Assembly (NCBI RefSeq): GCF_006345805.1
Contig: NW_021829005.1
Coordinates: forward strand, 1-6,983
Length of the DNA: 6,983 nucleotides
Source of the DNA: Octopus sinensis
Taxonomy: Eukaryota
Direction of reading: 5' to 3'
Positions within the stretch are counted from its first letter, which is position 1, and the number at the start of each line of letters is the position of its first letter. Both the position numbers and the translations under genes were made by a program. Shown piece after piece: positions 1 to 6,900 of the stretch. The notes beneath the pieces are model-generated. The model had not been told where the DNA came from and made no database searches. It saw only the letters and a list, made by a program, of their open reading frames with translations.

Positions 1-164
1 AGTAAGAAGCCTTCCAACGGTCAAGTTAAATTGTTACTCTATAGTTGATGTGCATTGACTTCGCTCTATCTTAGAGGTTGTAGTTCTAAGTAAATCTTAT
101 AAAGTATTTACTGGTGCGCTTGATTGTATCTATTTATTTGCCTGTCTGTCTGCTTGTATGCATG

Positions 165-244
<80 letters not shown>
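165..244. repeat. Perfect (TATC)20 tetranucleotide microsatellite
   Basis: 80 bp of uninterrupted TATC units counted directly. Confidence 0.98.
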
Positions 245-280
245 AAGTTATCTGTCTGGTTGTCTATGCGTCTCACCCTG

Positions 281-350
281 TATATATATTATATATATAT
301 ATATATGTGTGTGTGTGTGAGTGTGTGTGTGTGCATGTATTAAACACCGC

Positions 351-447
<97 letters not shown>

Positions 448-459
448 TACATATATTAT
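281..459. repeat. Compound (TA)n-(TG)n-(TA)n microsatellite
   Basis: TA tract ~281-305, TG tract ~306-332, interrupted TA tract ~353-459. Confidence 0.95.
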
Positions 460-464
460 ACAAA

Positions 465-852
465 GGCGCAGGAGCGGCTGTGTGGTTAGTAAGTTGCTTA
501 AAAACCACATGGTTCCGGGTTCAGTCTCACTGCGTGCCCCTTGGGCAAGTGTCTTCTTCTATAGCCTCGGGCCGACCAACGCCTTGTGAGCGGATTTGAT
601 AGACGGAAACTGAAAGAAGCCCGTCGTATATTTGTGTGTGTGTGTGTGTGTGTGCGTGTGTGTGTGTGTTTGTGTGTCTATGTTTGTCCCTCCAATATCG
701 CTTGAGACGTCCCCGTAACCAGCGGTTTGGCAAAAGAGATCGAAAGAATAAGTACTAGGCTTACAAGGAATAAGTCCTGGGGTCGATTTGCTCGACTAAA
801 GGTGGTGCTCCAGCATGGCTGCAATCAAGTGACTGAAGCAAGTAAAAGAATA
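465..852 (+). mobile_element. tRNA-derived CORE-type SINE, near full length (resembles octopus OR2-like family)
   Basis: tRNA-like head GGCGCAGGAGCGGCTGTGTGG with A box (475-485) and B box (518-528). CCTTGGGCAAGT at 539-550 matches the MIR/CORE-SINE core motif. Internal (TG)n at ~633-669 and a 3' tail ending AGTAAAAGAATA. A second copy of the same body and tail lies at 1200-1493 on the minus strand. The family name is from recall. Confidence 0.85.
475..528 (+). promoter_or_regulatory. Internal RNA polymerase III promoter of the SINE (A box 475-485, B box 518-528)
   Basis: CGGCTGTGTGG approximates TGGCNNAGTGG and GGTTCAGTCTC approximates GGTTCGANTCC, with tRNA-like spacing. Confidence 0.7.
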
Positions 853-1030
853 CACACACACACACACTTGCACACTCTCGATATATATAAATATATACAC
901 ACATATGCCATATACACACTCACACACCACATGTCCATGCTCACAAAGGTGCATGTACGTTTTTATACATCGCATGTACGCATCCATTTATTCACAAATA
1001 TGTCAGTACATAAATGCATACAAACAAGCC

Positions 1031-1076
<46 letters not shown>

Positions 1077-1104
1077 ATATATATAGATATAAATACATGC
1101 ATAC

Positions 1105-1138
<34 letters not shown>

Positions 1139-1140
1139 GT
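851..1140. repeat. Low-complexity CA/TA region including (TA)n ~1035-1084 and (TACA)7 at 1106-1133
   Basis: Seen directly in the sequence. Confidence 0.9.
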
Positions 1141-1199
1141 ATTATGATTGCGAGCCCTACAATTATTGCTGCTTAATGTCCACAACGCTGACTTGTATA

Positions 1200-1493
1200 T
1201 TCTTTACTCTCTTTTAGTCTTTTACTTGTTTCAGTCACTTGACGCTGGCCATGCTGGAGCACCACCTTTAGTCGAGCAAATCGACCCCAAGACACAAACA
1301 CACACACAAACACACATTCATATATATATATATATATATATATACTTAAATATAAGAGAGTTACCGCTAAGTGGTTAACTCTCTCTCTATATATGTACAT
1401 ATATATATATACATATATATATACATATACATATATACACAACGGGCTTCTTTCAGTTTCCGTCTAATCAAAACCACTCACAAGGCTTTGGTC
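1200..1493 (-). mobile_element. 5'-truncated, internally deleted copy of the 465-852 SINE family, in inverted orientation
   Basis: Reverse complement of 1441-1493 matches 570-626 (GCCTTGTGAG..GACGGAAACTGAAAGAAGCCCGT). Reverse complement of ~1218-1291 matches 776-849 at about 90% identity by eye. About 98 bp equivalent to 680-777 is missing, and the tRNA head and CORE are absent. Confidence 0.88.
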
Positions 1494-1865
1494 AAAAACG
1501 CAATCCATCACGCAAGAACCTAACTCTTATGCTCCATATTTAATGTATTACTTGGCAAAGTTACTCTAAGTTTGTCTGCTGCGAGGAAGCCTGTGTACGT
1601 ATAATTAAAGCCTGCACGGGTATTTTAATCTGAAAAGGGATTTTGCTCAAAGCGTTAGTAGCCAATTCTCCCGAAGGCATATGAGCTTATTCGAGTTTGC
1701 CAACTTTACAAAGTAATGTTTGCTGACGCAGACAAGAAGTGGATTTACAGATACAGGGTAAACTTGGCTTCTATTTAGTATTGGTTTTTGTACATAGATT
1801 TTCTATAGAATATGCCTAGGCAGTTTAATTGCACATTCGTTAGCGCATAAGGTAGAATGCTTGTA

Positions 1866-2304
1866 TATTTGTTCTCAATATGGTGGCGAGCTGGCAGAAA
1901 CGTTAGCACGCCAGGCGAAATGCGTAGCCGTATTTCGTCTGTCGTTACGTTCTGAGTTCAAATTCCGCCGAGGTTGACTTTGCCTTTCATCTTTTCGGGG
2001 TCAATAAATTAAGTACCAGTTACGCACTGGGGTCGATATAATCTACTTAATCCGTTTGTCTGTCCTTGTTTGTCCTCTCTGTGTTTAGCCCCTTGTGGAT
2101 AGTAAAGTATTTCGTCTGCTACTACGTTCTGAGTTCAAATTCCGCTGAGGTCAACTTTGCCTTTCATCCTTTCGGGGTCGATAAATTAAATACCAGTTAC
2201 GTACTGGGTCGATGTAATCGACTTAATCCGTTTGTCTGTCCTTGTTTGTCCCTTCTGTGTTTAGTCCCTTGTGGGTAGTAAAGAAATAGGTATTTGCTCT
2301 CAAT
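1866..2304 (+). repeat. 14-bp target-site-duplication-like direct repeat, TATTTGTTCTCAAT (1866-1879) and TATTTGCTCTCAAT (2291-2304)
   Basis: 13 of 14 bases identical, closely flanking the 1882-2290 SINE. Confidence 0.75.
1882..2290 (+). mobile_element. tRNA-derived SINE with one head and two tandem bodies (octopus OK/OR1-like, family name uncertain)
   Basis: Head GGTGGCGAGCTGGCAGAAACG with A box ~1892-1902 and B-box-like AGTTCAAATTCC at 1955-1966. Body 1930-2106 is repeated at 2107-2290 (offset 177 bp). Flanked by a 14-bp direct repeat. Confidence 0.88.
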
Positions 2305-2660
2305 GTTTTCTCTCTGAGTACGAGCTATGTTGAGATCAACTTTACCTTTTTAATCCTTTCGGGTGTTAATATGTATTAGCTCAAAGTTGATGCATCTATA
2401 TCTTTCGTCAGATGTCGCTACTTGGATATTCCGCTGGATTGCGGTGTAAGGGGTGAGAGTGGAGATGAGTGGCTGAGAAAGTGTCTGTGAACACGACTAC
2501 ATAGACATCTAGACACCGAAAACAGCAAACGCATGTTCTATATTACGAAGTCTTACTCGATCGCGAGTGACGGCCGTAGCTTTATTTGTCACATGTATCA
2601 TACGTATGCATGTGTGCATGCTTACGTACGTGCCTGTGTGTATATCTATGTATGTGTGTG

Positions 2661-2686
2661 GTGTGTGTGTGTGTGTGTGTGTGTGT
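2661..2686. repeat. (GT)13 microsatellite within a GT/AT-rich low-complexity stretch (~2600-2686)
   Basis: Counted directly. Confidence 0.95.
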
Positions 2687-2886
2687 AGTTTGTTATGAAA
2701 TCGACAAAAGGCAAAACTTCGAAATCTCTAAGCAATCTTTTCCAAACGTGTATTTATGAATATTTCTTATATACATGGCTTTTCATATTGTCATGATTCT
2801 TCTTTTTTTTTTACACGTATAACCTTTTAAAATATTTTAATGCATTCCTACACTTGCACATATGCAAACGCCCTTTCGCAAGCTCG

Positions 2887-3211
2887 CGCACACACACACA
2901 CACACACATTCTCTCTCACTTTCTTTCTCTGTCTCTGTCTCTGTCCCTCTCTCTTTCACTCAAACACACACACACACACAAACATCCTTTCTCATTTTTT
3001 GTCTCTGTCTGTCTGTCTTTCTCTCTCACTCACACACACACACATGCACACATTCTCTCTCACTTTCTCTGTCTCTCTTTCTCTCCCTCGCTATCTCTCT
3101 CTCACACACACACACATGCACACATTCTCTCTCACTTTCTCTGTCTCTCTTTCTCTTTCTCTGTCTCTCTTTCTTTCTCTCTCTCTCTTACACACACACA
3201 CACATGCACAC

Positions 3212-3246
<35 letters not shown>

Positions 3247-3280
3247 TGCACACATTCTCTCTCACTTTCTCTGTCTCACA

Positions 3281-3312
<32 letters not shown>

Positions 3313-3323
3313 CACACATTCTT

Positions 3324-3360
<37 letters not shown>

Positions 3361-3437
3361 TGCACACATTCTCTCTCACTTTCTGTCTCTCTCTCTCTCT
3401 CTCCCTCGCTCTCTCACACACACATACACACACACAT
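2887..3437. repeat. Variable-length minisatellite built from (CA)n and (CT)n blocks
   Basis: Anchor ATGCACACATTCT recurs at 3044, 3116, 3204, 3246, 3310 and 3360. CATTCTCTCTCACTTTCT recurs at about 2906, 3051, 3123, 3253 and 3367. Confidence 0.92.
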
Positions 3438-4874
3438 ATTGCAGGTGATTGTTCACTCGCTGCTCATTCTTTTGGAACTCAGACAAGATTTTTTTGCAAA
3501 TTGATTTTCCACGTCATGCAAGGTTTTTGGTCTTACTATTAGTGTCACATAAATTGAACTTGTTCATCAGACTAGCTTAAATGCACCACAGTCAATCTCT
3601 ATCATAAAAATCGATATTAACCCAATCAAGACCGTGACTATATTTTACTGTTTTCTTCTATTTTCGCTCTACGATAACCTTAAATGCTAGAATTGATAAT
3701 GAAATCACTCAGCACCTTGGTAAAAGACAGGACTTATGAATGTTTATTCCAGCACATCTAGAAAGAGCTTGGATTTCTTTTTTAAAAAATCAATATAATC
3801 AACTTAGACCCCCCACGCCACGAAATGTCTGACCTTGTACCATATTGTGAAATCAAAAGGTCACATTTCATAGAATGACAAAATATTGAATAGCAATTTA
3901 CTTAGGATAAATATCAATGAAAAATTCGTATTCCGCGTTTAAATGGACTGGGTGAGATATAGATATAGAATCCCTTCTAAGAATAGGGCCTCACGTGTAA
4001 CTTCAGGATAGTTGAAGAAATCTACCAGTTGATCAAATTATACACGACTTCTCTGTCCAAGTCACCGACGATTTTTATCCAAGGGAAGCGCCCCCTGTTT
4101 TGCTGATACAGCTTGGTACCAGTGTTGTCGCAGGTTTTGCTGTCAGAACAGAAAGAAAAAAACTGAAAATATTTCACAAGGATTCTCGTGTTTGATCCTC
4201 AGATATTTCCGCCATTCTATTTCTTTCCATTAGTATCTTTCTATTGATCTTGAAAAGGATTGAAATTGAACTCACAGTGTTGAGAGACAGAACGAATACT
4301 ACGAGGTATCCCACCCAACGTCCTAGCGACTCTACTACTTCGCCACTGTTCTGCTGCTCTCCAAATACATGATTGAGGTATGGTTGAGGCAATATATGTC
4401 CAGATGTTCTTCGTTTGGATTGAAGTTTTCAGAATCCATGACATTTCCTGTTCTACGAATGAAGTGGTGGTGTTTGTTTTGCTTTGGCTCTAACCTTTTG
4501 CAGATGGCTGATCTAATACGCTAGAGAGAAATATTTCTCACAGAAAACATTGGTCACATTTTGTAATTCTTTTGCGATACATGTCTACATTTACAGACAT
4601 TGAAATACCATAACGTTGTTCTACAGAAGCCTAATACAAAGGTTCGAGAGGAAGGGATCAAAGCGTTGGGGTTTTAGATTACATTTAATTTCTTTTGCTT
4701 TTATTAGACTTCTTTCTCCCTTTCTCCTGCTTTTTAACCCTAAACATATAATATTTTTGGTTAGAATCTTCCACATGTACATTTAAACAGTGTTTCATAG
4801 CTTAGAGATGTGATACGCAAAAGAGATCCTAGTCGTAAACGTCTTTCCAGTTGGTCAGTTTCAAACAAACACAC

Positions 4875-4893
4875 CCTCTCTCTCCTCTCTCTC

Positions 4894-4941
<48 letters not shown>

Positions 4942-4982
4942 ATATATTATATATATATATATAATATATATATATATATATA
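4875..4982. repeat. Compound (CT)n-(CA)22-(TA)n microsatellite
   Basis: (CA)22 at 4896-4939 followed by an interrupted TA tract. Confidence 0.95.
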
Positions 4983-5549
4983 ATTTCAACAATTGAGGGT
5001 AAAATTAATTAATTAATCAATTTCACCAAGTATTCAGTATGCAAAGGGACCATTTAAGGCGAATTCAAAATTATACCTATATAAAGGGCTTAGTAAAATA
5101 AATTACTTTGCCGCATACTGAACTCATTAGAAATAGCAGCTAAAAAACTTTTTTAAAACTATTTCTAATACTTAAAGAAAACCTCTCTCATATAGTGTTT
5201 GCTCAATTCAACTCACGAAAATATGGGGGTAGAGACATTAAAAAATCAAGTGCAAAGGTTATTTGAGAACGTACGTTTCAAGATTAGTCAAACTCGACAT
5301 TTCTATCATCAGCTCAGAACTCCCTGGTTTGGATTTGAAAACACGGAAGTGGGAGCATACCCTTTCGGCTTCTATCGCTTCTGAAGATCTGCTCGTAACT
5401 AACAGTGCCAACAAACTCAAAATGCAAGCGAAGAATTTCTGCTCTCCCCTTTCCACCAGCGTGGGTTAAAATCAGTAAACTATGCTTTTTTCGGTAAAAT
5501 CCGAGGCATTATATAGAGAGAGATGAATTATAATTTCAACAATTGAGGG

Positions 5550-5551
<2 letters not shown>
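4979..5551 (-). mobile_element. Non-coding Penelope-like LTR or retrozyme-like unit (550-bp monomer plus 23-bp terminal redundancy) inserted in (TA)n
   Basis: Exact direct repeat TATAATTTCAACAATTGAGGGTA at 4979-5001 and 5529-5551. TA tracts on both sides. Internal hammerhead motif at 5264-5316 and TATA-like TATATAA at 5515-5509, both on the minus strand. No RT or GIY-YIG coding recognisable. Confidence 0.65.
5264..5316 (-). ncRNA. Type I hammerhead ribozyme motif (HHR1)
   Basis: Minus strand reads TGAG-CTGATGA-tagaaatgtcgagtttgactaatctt-GAAA-C-GTAC-G-TT-CTCA. Stem I is TGAG/CTCA, the core is intact, and stem II is an AGA/TCT plus GTC/GAC hairpin. Stem III is the palindrome ACGTACGT, with cleavage triplet GUU and predicted cut between 5268 and 5267. 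Confidence 0.75.
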
Positions 5552-5585
<34 letters not shown>

Positions 5586-5587
<2 letters not shown>

Positions 5588-5753
5588 TAGTAACAGAAGA
5601 GAGGATTTCGGTTATCCCCACGTGGTGGATTGTAATGTATATAAGAAATTTAAAAAGGAAAATACGCACACTTACATGGTTTTAATATAATTTTTAATAT
5701 ATCGACCGGTTTCGCAATCGCTATTCATGATATAAATGTTTATTTTATATGAA
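5586..5753 (-). mobile_element. Short non-coding module between two (TA)n tracts carrying a decayed hammerhead; probable Penelope-like LTR remnant
   Basis: Bounded by TA tracts at ~5556-5585 and ~5754-5802 and contains HHR2. No obvious similarity to the 4979-5551 unit apart from the ribozyme fold. Confidence 0.45.
5698..5734 (-). ncRNA. Decayed minimal type I hammerhead ribozyme (HHR2)
   Basis: Minus strand reads TATATC-ATGAATA-GC-gatt-GC-GAAA-C-CG-G-TC-GATATA. It has a perfect 6-bp stem I, 2-bp stem II, palindromic ACCGGT stem III and a GUC triplet. The 7-nt core ATGAATA differs from CTGAAGA at 2 positions in the correct register. Confidence 0.6.
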
Positions 5754-5759
5754 TATATA

Positions 5760-5805
<46 letters not shown>

Positions 5806-5823
5806 ATTTGCATATTTAATATG

Positions 5824-5905
5824 CATAATTACATGAAGAATGAAGCATCATGCCGACACGTAACACCTGTTAACTTGTCTCATCATTGAAACATGTGTCA
5901 TTATG
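5824..5905 (+). ncRNA. Possible third decayed hammerhead (HHR3)
   Basis: CATAAT (5824-5829) can pair with ATTATG (5900-5905). ATGAAGA at 5833-5839 and GAAACATGTGTC at 5888-5899 resemble the core. A 3-nt gap between stem I and the core breaks the register. Confidence 0.25.
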
Positions 5906-6659
5906 TTATATGTCAAATAAGCAGACCATAACACACATTCTCCAGCAGACATTTTTCTACAAATGCAAATCTCAAGCGTGAAGGTTAAATCAAGTAAAAC
6001 GCCTTGCTGGCGGTTCATGGCCACACGAGACTATCTCTGTTCTCACGTATAGTTTTAATATATCACATAATACAAAAACAGTATCTAATAATACAATACA
6101 GTACAAGTTTTGTCTGGCGAATATTTCCCTGTATGTACACGATGTCTAGTGAACACATTTGGAAGAGTGGAATCGATAGTTGTCAGAGCCTGATTCAAAT
6201 GGTTCCAGAATGAGTGAGAGAAGCAAGTTCTGAGATTACGTTTGATCTACAGGAAAAGATTACGATAGATCAGTGACAGAATTTTATCCGAATTTAACGT
6301 AACACGTCAAATATATTCGTTATCTATTTCATTAGTATTTTCGATTTCTTTCTTTTCTTTAATTATGTTTGTATGCATAAATCTTTTCCGTTTTTGTCAG
6401 TTTTAATTTCAAGTGTCATTTGTTCAGCAAAAATTAAAAATATATATATATATATAAATTGAAAAATATAGCAAGCATATACTCATCTTTTGTGTTGTCT
6501 TTCTGTAACTCTCAGCTTTTCTGGATAATTGAAATAATCGTTTTGATGTTATTAATATTAATAAAAAAAAGTCATTTTACAGCCACTATTCTTATTAATA
6601 TTTCTGCTGCTTTTGTTGATGTTGTTGCAGTTGTTGTTGTTATTAATATTATTATTATT

Positions 6660-6899
6660 GGATTGACAAAATTCGCTACAACGCCTGAAAACGAAATGTC
6701 GTGCTGAATTTATCGTTGTTCTTTATATTCTGAATTAAATCCCGCCATGTTGGACCTAGCCTTTCGTCCTTTCTGGGTCGATAAATTAAATACCACTTGA
6801 TTACTTGGGGACGATGTAATCGACTTAACTCCTTCTTTGAAATTGCTGGCCTTGTGCCAAAATTTGAAACCATCATCATTATTATTATTATTATTATTA
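6660..6899 (+). mobile_element. Decayed SINE sharing head and body with the 1882-2290 family but with a different 3' tail ending in (ATT)n
   Basis: TCCCGCC, CCTTTCGTCCTTTCTGGGTCGATAAATTAAATACCA and GGGGACGATGTAATCGACTTAA align with 2140-2226. The sequence then diverges to GAAATTGCTGGCCTTGTGCCAAAATTTGAAACC and an (ATT)n tail. The 5' boundary is approximate. Confidence 0.75.
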
Positions 6900-6900
6900 C

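Larger units (their letters stand above)
1819..2371 (+). mobile_element. Old decayed SINE split by the 1882-2290 insertion (head ~1819-1879, body ~2291-2371)
   Basis: CGTTAGC (1838) and AATGC (1856) are 18 nt apart, as in the young copy (1901, 1919). TCTGAGT (2313), TCAACTTT (2336) and ATCCTTTCGGG (2353) are colinear with 2128, 2151 and 2166 of the young copy. Confidence 0.65.

Noticed and set aside
465-535. tRNA gene
   Set aside because: A and B boxes are present, but the sequence continues into CORE and SINE body with no cloverleaf 3' end; it is a SINE head.
114-1442. Twelve ORFs of 61-121 aa (YLSI, YI and HT repeats)
   Set aside because: Translations of TATC/TA/TG/CA microsatellites and SINE sequence, with no credible coding signal.
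2066-2278. 70-aa ORF, plus the related 60-aa and 67-aa ORFs at 6676-6979
   Set aside because: They lie within or largely overlap SINE bodies; the shared peptide GRCNRLN only reflects SINE homology.
1930-2371. CRISPR-like or satellite array
   Set aside because: Units of about 180 bp are contiguous SINE bodies without unique spacers, in a eukaryotic context.
2473-2537. CTGAGAAA followed by a GTGTCT/AGACAC hairpin and CGAAA
   Set aside because: Resembles a hammerhead superficially, but the core does not fit CTGANGA and no stem III or stem I forms.
3430-3504. TTGCAG after the pyrimidine-rich minisatellite as a splice acceptor
   Set aside because: The pyrimidine tract is just the repeat, and downstream frames close quickly with nothing recognisable.
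2840-3542. Three overlapping ORFs of 202-226 aa
   Set aside because: Open in all three frames only because CA/CT repeats lack stop codons.
3564-3570. CTGATGA on the minus strand
   Set aside because: No GAAAC, stem III or stem I partner in register downstream; an isolated chance 7-mer.
4040-4075. GDLDRE peptide on the minus strand as a cadherin LDRE motif
   Set aside because: The other cadherin repeat motifs (DxD, DxNDN) are absent and spacing to the following Y-x-L is too short.
5381-5387. CTGAAGA on the plus strand inside the 550-bp unit
   Set aside because: No downstream GAAA-stem III-NUH, so no opposite-polarity hammerhead is supported.
5199-5469. Three ORFs of 61-68 aa inside the 550-bp unit
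   Set aside because: Short, overlapping on both strands, and without RT or GIY-YIG motifs; the hammerhead explains the region better.
6121-6150. RHRVHTGK on the minus strand as a C2H2 zinc-finger end
   Set aside because: No upstream CxxC at the correct spacing and no TGEKP linker or tandem fingers.
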